From Octopus sinensis (taxonomy: Eukaryota), in NCBI RefSeq assembly GCF_006345805.1, contig NW_021833672.1:1-53467 (forward strand): 53,467 bases of DNA, given 5' to 3'. Positions 23,741 to 36,799 of this stretch are shown in pieces (positions within the stretch are counted from its first letter, which is position 1; each line of letters starts with the position of its first letter). The notes under the pieces were generated by a model, which searched no databases, had not been told where the DNA came from, and was given only the letters and a program-made list of their open reading frames with translations. A program made the position numbers and the translations under genes.

Positions 23741-23970
23741 GGCGAGCTGGCAGAAACGTTAGCGCGCCGGACGAAATGCTTAGTGGTATTTGGTCTGCCG
23801 CTACGTTCTGAGTTCAAATTCCGCCGAGGTCGACTTTGCCTTTCATCCTTTCGGGGTCGATAAATTAAGTACCAGTTACGCACTGGGGTCGATGTAATCG
23901 ACTTAATACCTATGTCTGTCCTTGTTTGTCCCCTCTGTGTTTAGCTCCTTGTGGGTAATAAAGATATAGG
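23741..23970 (+). mobile_element. SINE family B, young, perfect TSD
   Basis: ggtatttatttcatttgg at 23725-23742 and 23969-23986. Confidence 0.92.
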
Positions 23971-24324
23971 TATTTATTTCATTTGGTAGATTACTTTAGA
24001 AAGAAAATTATTCTTAAGAAAGATAGGAGTGCACTTGTGAGGGGAGAAGTTGTAACCGCTGGTGTTTCATATCTGCGCAGAAATTCGCTGTTGCAGTTTT
24101 AGTATTTTTATAGTTTATATTTTAATTGTTTCAGTAATTAGACTGCGGCCAACCTGGGGCACCAACACGTTATAGCAACATCTTTAGAGTAAAAGGGGCG
24201 TGAGACTGTTTAGAACTACTGGTTAAACATGATACCTTATTGGCATGCTTTCCCTAAGGTCCCTAAGTGCGCATGACTGAATGAATGATTTATCTATCCG
24301 CTCCATTTAATTCATTAAAGGCTT

Positions 24325-24530
24325 TGAGCTGGAAGAATCGTGAGGACGTTGGACAAATGCTTAGCGGAATTTCGCCCATCTTGACGTCCTGAGTTCAAAT
24401 TACGCCGACGTCGACTTTGCCTTTTATCATCTCGGGGTCGATAAAATGAGTACCAGTTGATCATTGGAGACGATGTAATCAACTTACCCCAACACCGAAA
24501 TTGCTGTCCCTGTAAGAAAATTGAAATTAA
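24325..24530 (+). mobile_element. Decayed SINE family B
   Basis: gagttcaaattacgccgacgtcgactttgccttttatcatc…. Confidence 0.75.
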
Positions 24531-24917
24531 TATTTAATTCTTTCACATTCCTATGCGTAGCTGCCTTCTCATGAGAAATTATGGGCGGAAAGATAATTTC
24601 TGTTTCAGTATTTTGACTATTTTATAAATCCAAGCTGATTTTAGACTACCCCAATCCAGGAACATGGATTGGATTCTATTTGTACATTCACAGCAATAAT
24701 TCATTTAAGTTTAATTATTAATTAATTCCAGAACCCTTACAATGCTATCATTATCAACGATTAGGTTTTTAATTTTTTCAATGAATTCAATTTCATCCAT
24801 AATTACAAAATGTTTCCTGTCACTTTTATAAAATAGTGTCATTATATATTTTCAATCGAGCAAACTTGTTTCACTTTCATATTTCGCATTGTTGTCTGTA
24901 TGTTTGTGCATTGAAAT

Positions 24918-24944
24918 TATAATAATAATAATAATAATAATAAC

Positions 24945-24983
<39 letters not shown>

Positions 24984-25310
24984 TGTGTACAGTGCTTAGG
25001 TGCACTACAACTCATCTAAAGTGTATATATAATCAGGTGTAGTTTCGACGGATTTCGGAAAGCATGAGGGCCTTAAAGGATGCAGTGTCATGGCAGTCAA
25101 CAACTGACGCAGGCAGTTTATTCCATGCTTCAGCAACTCTGAGCGTGAAAAAATGTTTCCGAAAGTCATGGGAGCTGTGTTGTTTTCTGACTTTGTAGGC
25201 ATGTCCACGTGTGTTAGACACATGGAGATCAAAAAGGTGTTCAGTATTGTTAGTGTTGTTAGTCCTGATGATTATACAGTGGCTGTAAATTTGTTTTATC
25301 TCTGATATCT
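24918..25310 (-). mobile_element. 3' end of a CR1/L2-group LINE with (ATT)n tail
   Basis: Translation EHLFDLHVSNTRGHAYKVRKQHSSHDFRKHFFTLRVAEAWNKLPASVV is the typical CR1-clade C-terminus; followed by a short UTR and trinucleotide tail. Confidence 0.9.
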
Positions 25311-25383
25311 TCTGAAGATTGAAAGACTAGATTTAAAGTTTTCTTTGTCGGTTTCAGCATATTGATATTATTGTCGGTAGTAG

Positions 25384-25795
25384 GCGTCGAGCTAGCAGAA
25401 TCGTTTGCACGTCGGACAATATCCCTAGCGGCGTTTCGTTCGTCTTTACGCTCTGAGTTTAAAGTCGACTTTACCCTTCATCCTTATAGGCTCGATAAAA
25501 TAAATATCAGCTGGACACTGAAGTGGATGTAATAAAATTAACTGGTCTTCTGTGAGGATTTGAAACCGATATTATGGTCGGTAGTAAGCGCCAAACTAGC
25601 ACGGGGGATAATATGCTTAGCGGCAGTTCGTTTGTCTTTACATTCTAACTTAAAATTCTACCGAGATCGACGTTGCATTTCACCCTTTAGATTTCCATAA
25701 AATAATTATCAGTTGAGAACGAGGACTGACGTAATCGGTTGGCTTACACTCACCCGAACTTGCTGGCCTTGTACCAAAATTTGAAACCGATAATA
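25384..25795 (+). mobile_element. Two adjacent decayed SINE family B copies
   Basis: Two successive head-plus-central-domain segments. Confidence 0.7.
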
Positions 25796-25969
25796 TAATC
25801 GTGAGTACCTAGACTGAGACATATAATTCGAGTAGGGTTGTAAATGGTAAAACAACGTATATCCTCTGTTATGTAGCTTTACGGTCTCCTTTAGAGATTT
25901 TGCTCAGTTTTTTATATAATCGCCTTCAATTCCACGAGACAGATATGTCCGTAAATTATCAGGAAGTAC

Positions 25970-26088
25970 TTATTCTTTAGCAAATCTTTATTGCTTAGTG
26001 GTAAGATAATATCGCTGAATTTCCTCATGTGCCACTTGTATAAACCAGAGGTAGTATTAATATTTAGGGCTTGATCATTTCCAAAAAT
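25970..26088 (-). CDS. Putative internal exon (IFGNDQALNINTTSGLYKWHMRKFSDIILPLSNKDLLKN, phase 0-2)
   Basis: Acceptor ttttatatgtcag|, open protein-like frame, donor AA|gtactt. Confidence 0.4.
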
Positions 26089-26203
26089 CTGACATATAAA
26101 AATTACTTATTGAGCTCTCTGCGATCAAAGTTTGGCGCAAATACGTATATATATATGTAAATATATAACAAAGTGGAGTCGTAAGGTACCGCACGAGTGG
26201 AAT

Positions 26204-26329
26204 TATATACGAAAGAAGGTTTGAAAATGCAATTTTAAAACATGTTTATTTACTTTACCGGTTTCACTCTTTAGAAAAAGATTGTCAAAAGTAAATAAAC
26301 ATGTTTTAAAATTGCATTTTCAAATCTTC

Positions 26330-26340
<11 letters not shown>
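26204..26340 (-). ncRNA. Hairpin with 52-bp arms whose loop is a hammerhead-like core
   Basis: Minus strand: …TTTACTT-TTGACAA-TCTTT ttct AAAGA-GT-GAAA-CCGG-TA-AAGTAAA…; arms 26204-26255 and 26289-26340. Confidence 0.6.
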
Positions 26341-26372
<32 letters not shown>

Positions 26373-26375
<3 letters not shown>

Positions 26376-26573
26376 TTGCTTCAGTCATTTGACTGTCCCC
26401 ATGCTGGAGCACCGCCTTTGTAAGCCTGGTGCTTCTTCTATCGATCTCTTCTGCCGAACCGCTAACGTACTGGGACGTAAAAGCATCAACATCGGTTGTC
26501 AAACGATGGTGACGAGAGGTACAAACACAGACACAAACACACACATAAATGTATACATGCATACGTACATACA

Positions 26574-26653
<80 letters not shown>

Positions 26654-26792
26654 ATTATATATATATATATATGTATAGATATATATGAAGGGCTTCTTTC
26701 AATTTCTGTCTACCAATCCACTCACAAGGCTTTGGTCGGCCTGAGGCTATAACTGAAGACACTTGGCCATGGCGCGATGCTGTGAGACTCAA
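26373..26792 (-). mobile_element. SINE family A with expanded internal (TA)n; head truncated
   Basis: Reverse complement of the family A tail and body. Confidence 0.85.
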
Positions 26793-26794
26793 CA

Positions 26795-28070
26795 TAATGA
26801 AATAACTCCAATAGCTATTATATTGGATCAACGACTAATTTTAAGCAAAGATTTGCGCATTTAAACTCGTTTAAATATAAAACGCAGAGCAATTCCACAT
26901 CACTAGCCAGCTACGTACACCATCTAATTAATAGAGAAATACTATACAGGCTATTCTGGGCTATAGTAGATTATGACATCCCATATCAGGGCCAGCGCTC
27001 CACTTGTGGACTCTGCCTAAAAGAGGCCCTCAAAAGTTGAACCCATAACTCACCACAGTTACTCAACAACGACAACGAAGCCTTCACAACGCGTAAACAC
27101 AAATTCCCCTGCACTTTTAAATTGTTCCTTAAATCCAAGTGTAAACTTATCCTCACCGCATAACACTTACATAGATACCTCCATGGTCGTTATTACTTAC
27201 CCTTGTACATATCTTTTCTATGAAACTTAGTGCCTTAGACGATATCTGTTGATTCTTTAATATATTCTAAAACCTTAACCTAATAGGTCCCCGAATCCTT
27301 AGTTATAACCTTTATTCCTAAATAATTTAACATTTAATTGGTTTCTCCATTCACGCCTACCTATACATTCACCTTTATGAGACTCATTCCCATCATAGCT
27401 AAGAAATATTTCTATAGCCACTGACCTTACACATAAAACGGACACAAACACTACTTAAATTCCTGTCTCAACCCCTAAAAACTAGAACACCACTACTGGC
27501 CCCTATTATCCTCCTTATATCCTCTTCTCTTTGAATCTCTGTCATTTTATTTTACTTTATTTTGTATTATTTACGTTATCTTCCTTTGCTTTCCTCCTCT
27601 CTCCTTATTTACCCTTGTATATTTATTTGTCCTTTTGTTTATTTTTGTACCTTATATTTTTGTATTCTTATTTCATCCTTCATACCAACCCTTGCCAATG
27701 CCCTGTCAACTGCATTACTCCTCCTTACTCTGAACCCGGCTTCCCTCTGTTTATTTTTCTTTCTCTTTATCCCTCAATAGCCACTTTTGCTATCATTCTC
27801 TTACGAACCATCGATATGATCGCCTTCCTCTCTGGATATTTACACTATGATGGCTATAATCATACCTGGATTTACATAGGATTGTACCTACAGACTTCTG
27901 GACTTCCATCTACACTATCGGAAACAAGAAATGTGAACTTTTATGCTTCTTTTTTCTTTAATTCTTTTTTCTCCACTCCTTTATTTCGTGGTTTCCTTTA
28001 TCTATACCTTTATCGATATCACCGACTGAAGGAACATTATGCGTATATAGTCAGTTAACTAATACGTAAT
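26795..28070 (+). mobile_element. 5'-truncated Penelope-like element: degraded GIY-YIG plus 3' region
   Basis: NSYYIGSTTNFKQRF…NSTSLASYV…LFWAIV…STCGLCLKEAL…LLN; followed by a pyrimidine-rich 3' tract like that after 46230. Confidence 0.75.
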
Positions 28071-28074
28071 ACAT

Positions 28075-29560
28075 TGAGTTTTGATTTGCATTTGTTAACA
28101 AGACTATACTTCTCCATTGTTCCGTTGCTATTCCATCATTGAGTCAGAACACTGGTAGAAACGGAAGACAGAATTGTCGGAGTAGGTTTGTGTTCCAAAA
28201 TAATCTGTATGTTCACTTACGTGCATTTTTCTTGAGTATGGTTTCTTGATTTGTTGGCAATGTACCATAATCCTTTTTCTGAGTGTAATAATTGATTTTC
28301 TCGACAACTTTTACATGTTATAATGTAAAACTCGTTGTCCGAATTGCAGGATAAATTGCTTGTAATTTTGAAGGTAGAATCTTATTTGACCTGGAATTCG
28401 GGACTCTCCATCGCATAGCTCAATAATCTACACTTTAGCCGGTTATAATTCCTTAATGTAGGGTCTTCTGTTTGTGAATGTATTTTTGCAATGGTCAAAA
28501 TATATTTTTAGCGATTTCGTTTACCTCTCGCTTTTTATAATTGGGTGTTTTATCAACAGATTGTTTTTTTTTTCATTTATTGCTAGCTTTAAACATGTAG
28601 TGGAGACATTTTCGGTGTTCCTTGCGTTAAAACTTGAAACAAATGAAATTGTATGTTTTTTTTTCCCTATTTCGGTTTTGCTGTTCGACGTTCTAGGATG
28701 TTAATCTGTTTGGCTTTCTGAATTACAAATTGAATCACTTTTATGATGTCTTTTCTTCTGATTAGTATTTCTTTCATTTCGTCTCATCTCCGGCCTCCTG
28801 TTTGATGACTTGATACGATTGTACATATTCGTTTTGCTAGGTTGAATGGACTGCTGCTTCGTGCGTGCTTTGTGTGACATGATGCAAAGAGCAAGTGTTG
28901 TCTTGAGTGGGTGACTTGAAAGTAAATGTCGGTTTCCAGTGTTGCATTTCTTATTGATCTTAGAATATCTAAGAGTAGGAGTTTACTGTTGCTCAACTTC
29001 ATAGTAAATTGGATGAGTGGGTTCATGTTGTTTATAAAGTTTTAGAAATACTTAAATATCTTCTTTCCACAAAATAAAGCAATCATCTAGAAATATTTTC
29101 CAGTTTTCTTTTAAAAAAAGAGACAGCTGAATTCTTCCCCCAAAATATCAGAGGCCTTCTTGTAGATTTTTATTTCATGGTATCTTATGACCACGTTGGT
29201 ATATTTGGGGACAGTTTTCCTTCCAATGACCATTCCTGAGCTTTGCCGATGAGCTACGTTACTGGATATGAAGTAGTTTCTCTCTAAAAAGGAATTGGGT
29301 GGGTGGGGGTAATCAGCAACAAATTTTCGATCTATGACTTGTGGAATCTTATAACAAAGTGAGTCTAGCCTATAGTTTATAACTTTGATTCCATGATTAT
29401 GAAGAATCTTATTATATGTGTTTACAACATCAAACGTCAAGATGTAGGTGTTTTCGTTTGAGTGACCTCCTTTGGTTATGAATGACCATGGGGTTGAACC
29501 TAGAAAGTTACCAAAAACTTTTCGGATCATGCCCACATGTAGCTAAATATTTGTTAGGTT
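28075..29560 (-). pseudogene. Penelope-like element RT-thumb-GIY-YIG coding region, degraded
   Basis: LTFDVVNTY…ILHNHG…LERNYF…Q.SGM.IG…P.Y.N; NPLIQFTM…LLDI…ETDIY…SCH…PFNLAKRICTIVS; SCNSDN.FYIITCKSC…TLRKR…HCQQI. Confidence 0.85.
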
Positions 29561-29794
29561 TTTGGTCCCCCCGAGATTACAGATAGATCTTGCTTTCTAT
29601 ATTGTGTCCACATACAAGCTTTTTATCTCTTTATACTTTTTACTTATATTTCTTATATATTTTTGTATATATCTATATATTTTTTATACATATATTTTTT
29701 GCATATATTTATAGAGATATTTGTTTATAGGTTTATTGCTTATATATTTTTTACACATAATTTTTCTATATTCTACCTTCCACCCTTCATTTTC

Positions 29795-29880
29795 CCCTGT
29801 GCGTATATAGACATGTATATATGGAAACCTCTGTGCGCGCGTGTGGATGTGTGCGTCTGTGCGGGTCTGTGCGTATATAG

Positions 29881-29921
<41 letters not shown>

Positions 29922-30260
29922 CATGCGAGTATGTGCGTATATAGACGTGTTTTACTCATTGCTCTTACACATTTTTCTGTATTTTTGCTTTTAGCCCTTT
30001 TTTCTTGTGCATGTGCGCATATAGACGTGTTTATGACGTTTTTTGTGCGCGCGTGTGTGCGTGCGTATATAGACGCGTGCGGGTATGTACGTATATAGAC
30101 GTGTGTGTGTACGTGCATACGGGTATGTGCATATATAGACGTGTTTTACTCTTATTGCTCATTTTTATTGTCCCTTACACCTTTTTTCTGTATTGTTGCA
30201 CTTAGCCCTGATTTTCATGTGCTAGTGTGTATATAAACATATGTATGAAACTTTTTGATA
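29795..30260. repeat. Degenerate tandem motif (gtgcgtatatagacgtg) mixed with (TG)n
   Basis: The motif recurs about seven times. Confidence 0.65.
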
Positions 30261-30303
30261 CGCGTGTGTGTGTGGGGGATTGTATATATACATATATATA
30301 TGG

Positions 30304-30490
30304 CACTAGTCGCCATGATAGATCGTTAGCCACTACACACATTTTTTTCTCTCCTTGTATTTTCTGTGTCCCTTTCTGTAGAAGAGCGTAGGCTCGAAAC
30401 GTAAAATACTTTTTCTATTCCTGAGCGTTATACTAATACATCTGTTTGTTTTGTACACCACCTGTCTTCGTCTTTTGTTTTTTTCGTAAA
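30304..30490 (+). mobile_element. Penelope-type terminal repeat with non-canonical hammerhead-like motif
   Basis: CTTT-CTGTAGA-A-GAGC gtag GCTC-GAAA-CG-TA-AAA at 30372-30406; A6 reads T; inverted relative to the ORF at 28075-29560. Confidence 0.55.
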
Positions 30491-30880
30491 CTCTCCCTAT
30501 ATATATATGTTTGGTAAATGGTGTGGGTAAGAATGTGTATGTTTCAAGTAAGGGTAGATGAGTCTATACTTTTAGGCGCATATACGTGGGTGTGCGGGCG
30601 TGCATGTGTATGTATGGACATGCGCGCTTACGCGAATACTATGGACTTTTTTACCTCCTTACTTTTACTCCCTCCCCTCACTTAGCGGTCATTCAAATAG
30701 CTCTTTTGTCTTAATAACGGTCAATCAAACAGTAATTTCCCTTTGGTTAGCGGTCATTTTCATAGCATTTTTTCCCGATTGCCGGATAACTCAAGAGATG
30801 GCGGCGTGGATTTCGACCCTGGCATCCGAAATTCGGAGTTTTATCATGGCTACCGAATAACTGTCACATATTACATTTAC

Positions 30881-30948
<68 letters not shown>

Positions 30949-31583
30949 ATATATATGTATATGTATATATATATCTATGTGTATATATATATTTATATAT
31001 ATATATATATACATATATACATATATAAATTAAGAAATGGAGTCAAATGCAGATGTTATTCAAACCATTTATACTTTCAACATATGTTTCGAAGAATGCA
31101 TTGACATTATTCCGGAGGGAATCAAATGATGTAAAAGAAAATGCAATCATCCCATCATAGAAAAAGTAAACGAGAAGCAAAATACATCAATCATCCTTTT
31201 TAAACGAATATGATTACCGTATATATGATGAAGGGGAATGCTGGCAAGTTAGTTTTCAAAAAGCCGTAAATAGATTTAACGTCAAAAACAATTTAGAGAA
31301 TGGGGAAAAAAAGAAAGAAATTAGCAGAAAATTAAGAGTGGAGAAATGATCTCAATGATCTCTTCGAAGGATATGTTGGAAGTGTAAATGGTTTGATTAA
31401 TACCTGCCTTTGACTCCATTCCTTAATTTGTCTATCTTATACAAAAACGTTCCATTTAACCCAAGAATTTCCGTCTTTATAGGTAGGGTGTAATATCTGT
31501 GGCACTTACGTGGATTTTTGCTCACCTGATAACTATTTTATTTTTTCCGTGTTCTTTGTACACATTGAAAAAATACACACACA

Positions 31584-31633
<50 letters not shown>

Positions 31634-32924
31634 ACACACACACAGTGAGAGAGATACAGATATTTATATAGATATATGTATACAGACACATAATTACATT
31701 TATACATATGTCAACATATATCTAGACTCTCACAATTTGGAATGCACGAGGCAGATGTCGGAAAATGGCCGTAATAAGACTTTGTTATGCAATTTTCTCA
31801 TTGGATTTAGCCAAAACTCAACCCTGTAGTAATTTGTAACTGTATCTCTAAGTGTCTTGTTGTGTTTAAAGCATGTCATTCTGACAGAATTAGTCGAATG
31901 GAAATATCAGAGAATTTTACTCTAGGCACCATAAGATTGACACTTGTTTGTGTATTGGGTTTCGATAATGTCACTTTGTTAAAGACAGATGTAGGAGATG
32001 GAATTCTTCGATGTTTATATTTCTCCACCATTACCATAAATTCTTCTCTATTCAACATGGTCAAACGAATTAGATGCTTCAGTTTTCCGATGCGTTTCCT
32101 GGGATAGCTTGGCTTGACTTGTACAGCTGCTTAATCGAGTCGTTGCTTGTTTGGGGGTTCTTGGCTCGCCTTGTACTCGCTTGTATTGGTTTAAGTTGGT
32201 TTAGTTTAGCTTGACAGTAATTTCCTCACCATGTCACAAGACCAAATACCAAACGAATTAGTCGCAAGTGTTTCTGAGACTTGTTTATTGTGATATGATT
32301 TAGTTAAGCTTAGCCTAATTGGTTGCTTGCCATAACTTGGCTAGGCTTAACTAATTGCTTGCCATGTCCCGGCTTAGATTCACTGAGTATTTGCTGCGGC
32401 GTTGCGCCGGTAGGATTGGCCTAATTATTCTTTGCCATGCAGTCCTGTTGTTCCTATGATTGTTTCCTTTGCTTGGTTTTACGGATTGCTTGCTTACCTC
32501 CTCTTCACATGGCTCTATTGCTTGTTGCCTTCTCTCAGTTAGACTAAATTTGAATAATAGCTTGTTTACTTTCTCTTTTCCAGGCTTAATTAATTGTTTG
32601 CTTGTCTAGACTTGGTTTAATTACTGTTTACTTAACTTGTATTGTCTAAACATTAAAGCATATTTGCTCAGTTTCATTTACAGTTTTTTTTACCATGTCT
32701 ATCCGTAAAAATAACAACAATATATGAAAATGTACATACAAAAACGTCATTGGTCAGATCTAATCTATTTCAAAATATTATTCTCGGTAATATATTCCAA
32801 AAATCAGTTGCTGGTGTAGTAACCATTATTTGTTTCACTATTATATTTAGTAACGAATACATTTATAGTTTTTCGGCAACATTGTATACGTAAATAAACG
32901 TAAACACGTTGACTTTATATACAA

Positions 32925-33323
32925 CTAGCAGTATCGCCCGGCGTTGCTCAGGTTTGTAAGGGAAATAACTATATAAGCATTTTTAGAGAGTTATAGCCAA
33001 AAAATAGCAAAAAAATGCATTAAAAATGGAAAAAAAAATGATGGTAATTTTTTTTTTAAATCGTTGACTCAGCGTAGACATTTTTAGAGAGTTACTTCCC
33101 TTATATAATAGCGAAAAAAGTGCATTAAAATGGAAAAACATGATGGTAAATCTTTTTAAAATCGTAGAGTCATCGTAGACGCGCGCTAATACCCAGAAGG
33201 GCTCGATATGAATCACGACTATAAGATACCCGGTTTTGGTTAAACTGCACCGCAAAATGTGGGAGTAGTTAGGAATCTAAATCGTAGGAGACAGACACAC
33301 AACTTGACTTTTATATATAAAGA
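32925..33323 (-). mobile_element. Non-autonomous Helitron
   Basis: A^TC-TTTATATATAAAA 5' end; 3' hairpin cctgagcaacgccggg followed by CTAG^T. Confidence 0.85.
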
Positions 33324-34619
33324 TATTTGAAGGAACAAAGCATGAGGATTAAGTCGATCCAATTTCTAACCTGTGTAGAGATTTCATCGGCGAGTGAATA
33401 CCTGCTCTCGCTATTTACGGTGATTCTACTTACAGGTCATTTGTAATAGGTGTTTAATTAAATCGGAGACACCGATTTGTATATATAACGCATTCTTGAC
33501 TACTCATTCGTTTCACAAATGGCTGGAGCATTAACAAAGCATCTTGTCTTTTCTTTAATGCTGTACTGAACAACAAACTACATCTCTATATTTTAAACCA
33601 AAAACATATGTAATTGATAAATGTAAACGGCTTGCGTTCGTTTTAAAAATATCATCTGGGACAAAATAAAGGAAGATCACGAGGAGTTCGGGTTAGTTTC
33701 GAGAGCACTGTCATCTGGAGAGCATGGACACGAGGACTAAGTACCCTCTATGACAGACATCTGAGACACTGCTTATAATCAAAGAGACCAATATGCGCAT
33801 GTAAAGCATTATCTATAGTTAACTCGATAACCTACTGGTGCGACAAAAACTGTTTTTTTTTTTTTTGTAATGCGATACTCTACTTCAAAAAAACATATCT
33901 ACCTTGTACTACTTTATTTCTTCCAGTCACTGGACTGCAGCCGCGTTAGGGCATTGCCTTGATAGGTTTATTCTAGCTATTCCGTCGCACTACTTTTTCT
34001 TTTGTTGTTTCAGTTATGATATCGGTCAATGTAGCCGAGATAACAAGTCACGAAAATTTGTGGAAATAGCCTTGAAGTAATTTTTGTAGACTGAATCGGC
34101 CCAAGTACAAGCTTGGTACTTATTCTATCAGTCCCATTTGCCGAACACCTAAGTTACGGGGACGTAAACACATACTCTCTCTCTCTCACGCACACCACAC
34201 ACACACACATACACACACACACACACATACTCACACACAGACACATACACACACACAGACACATACACAAACACACAGACACATACACATACACAAACAC
34301 ACAGACACATACACACATACACACACACACACATAGATCACTGCGTTTTGACGTATCTGTCACTGCATAATAAAACTAACTGGAACATGGTCAGTTGTGA
34401 CGAAGAGGACTTAAGTCTTCCAATCAATTAAATCACTTACGTTTTGAATTAGCGAGTAAGCAGGTGAGTATACAAAAAGCACGCAAACAGGTAATGTAAT
34501 ATTCAGGCGGAACAGAGGCTGAGAGCGTGTGACAAGAAGTATCTTTGAATTACTGAGAGATATTCATTACCTTTCAAAAAATCATGTGTGTAAAGTGAAT
34601 GCCTTTATATTGTTTTGCT

Positions 34620-34855
34620 CTGGGGTACGAGGTGAGATAGAGCAAGGCGCATTAGTTGCTATGCTTTTACACGCTCCTCTCCTATCGGCTACTCCCAAAC
34701 TATCCAAGCGTGCGTCGAAGATGACGTCCCGATCACCCACTACAACTAAAGAGCGGGGCGTCCCAAGGAAAACTTCCAAACGTCTGAAGAAATCTGGCTG
34801 CCGCGCCCAGTTTATGATACTAGTGGCACGAGATCAGCCATTTCAGAGGAACTGA
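34620..34855 (-). mobile_element. L1/Tx1-type APE endonuclease fragment
   Basis: QPDFFRRLEVFLGTPRSLVVVGDRDVIFDARLDS, homologous to 36800-37175. Confidence 0.7.
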
Positions 34856-35039
34856 GGCCATTAGACATTTTCTTATAGTATTATTATTATTATTATTACT
34901 ACTTATTCTACCTTTAGTTAGTAAACTGTGACAATACATTTGCATTGTCTTGAATGATGTTAGTAAATTTTATTAAATCGACCTTAGTCCTTAGTCTGGT
35001 TCTCCTATTCTTAAGAAATTTTAGCGAATGGCTATTCAA

Positions 35040-35345
35040 ATATATCGATCTAAGGACTTAATCACGTTAAAATATAAGAAGTTAATTATCTTGATATATA
35101 AGAAGTTAATTACGTTGATATTAAAGTACTTAATTAACGTTAATATACTTACGTTGATATTTAAAGATTTAATTACGTTAAAAATTAAGGATGTAATTAG
35201 ATTAGTATATAATTACGTTGATATAAAAAGACTTAATTACGTTTATTTTGAAGAACATAATTACGTTAATAGTTAAGGACATAATTACGGTAATGTTAAG
35301 AATTTAATTATATTAATAATTAATGAATTTATTACGTTAATATAG
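35040..35345. repeat. Degenerate ~20-24 bp minisatellite with TAATTACGTT core
   Basis: The core recurs about a dozen times. Confidence 0.8.
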
Positions 35346-36799
35346 AACGAATTGCCCCACCACAATATATCGCCATCGATTGGCATAGCTGGGAACACAC
35401 ATACACCTCCACACAGACACAGACACACACACACACACACACGTACACAATAACACATTTTTGCACACAAATAATGCCAACCATATGTAGCTTACGAAAT
35501 ACTTTCTGAGCTTGAGGTTATAGGAATGTCTTAAATATATGTCTTAACGGCGGTGCATCAGCATGGCCGCAGCTCTGAGCTGAAACAAAAAAAAAATATA
35601 TATATATACACACACATACATACGTATACATATTTACACACACGCACAGGTACACACACACACACACACTAACACCTTCTCACACACACACATAAAAGAT
35701 AGAGATCCTTCTCGTGTCCTACAAAATCAAATGGTCGGGCCCTTGGTTATCTTTGGCGCATGTAGACCCTACCGGACTGGTCACTGATTCGTCGTTTCCT
35801 CACAAAATCATTCGTATTTGTTACCTGAATGGACGGCGTGTTATTATTGTGAATAACAACGAAATCATCAGCAACAATAATGCATTTTGCGGAAACGGCT
35901 GCGAAGGACACAGAGCTATATAGGTGGATACCCCAGTAGATTATGTGTTTGGCCGAAGCAGTCAACTTGGCAAGGCTGCAAAACACGCCTACACGTGCCA
36001 GAAACACACTTATAGCAACCAACCTCACCCCCAGGAACATAACCCCCAACACACCTGTCAGTATCACAACCAGTTCTACAAACACTATAAAAACTGCAAC
36101 AACTCGGAAAACGAAAACAACCCACACAGCAACATCTAGATACACAAACACAAAACTTCGTGCTAGTGAGGAGAGGAGCCAACAAAGGAATAACAGTTCC
36201 CATAGCACGAAGGAACGACATCGTGACAGAAAGGGTTAGATTTTCGGCAGCAGCAGCGTTCAAGTGACAGAAATACTAATGATGGATCGAAAGCATTTGG
36301 AAACATATAAAAAGTATCAGGGAGAGCTTCAACCACGACGTTGCCACCGCCAATGTATAAGCCACTAGTAGCCTTTTGACCCTTTGGTACTCATATTACT
36401 CTGTCAAATGCAATACCTATTTATTCACATTTTATAAAATTAATTCTGTATTATCTTGTAGCTTTGATATTTTGAAGATATGATTGTTTTTTTTGTAGAA
36501 TGACATTGCTGCGCAGGTGTGAGAGGCCTGATTTGGTCAGTTTTAGCATAAAACAGATAGAACATTTGGGCCTGATATGGCCGGTTTAAATGCTAAAGGA
36601 TTAAAGGGGTTCGCTAACAATTTACGGAGGCACTCGATGGGTGAGTAGACGCCCTTTGTTTCTTCTCCAAACGCTTTGTAGTCATCGTGGTAGGTTTAAG
36701 TGTGGGTTGTAGAAATGTTCACAGCATTGAGTGGCTCGGGAAGCAAGGTCAGCTGCTCACCGACCTCCAGTCACTAGCTTAGATTTAACGGCTCTTCGC

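Noticed and set aside
27815-28060. Expected hammerhead at the 3' end of the 26795 Penelope fragment (ctatgatgg…gaaac; ctgaagg…)
   Set aside because: Core and stems are too degenerate to support.
31505-31555. Two strong minus-strand donors 16 nt apart (CAG|gtgagc, CAC|gtaagt) after a 28-bp candidate exon
   Set aside because: The phase does not fit the next candidate exon; it could be a UTR exon but is unsupported.
31720-32110. Possible Penelope N-terminal remnant (VNL…GLSF)
   Set aside because: Motif spacing is off and similarity is too weak without a search.
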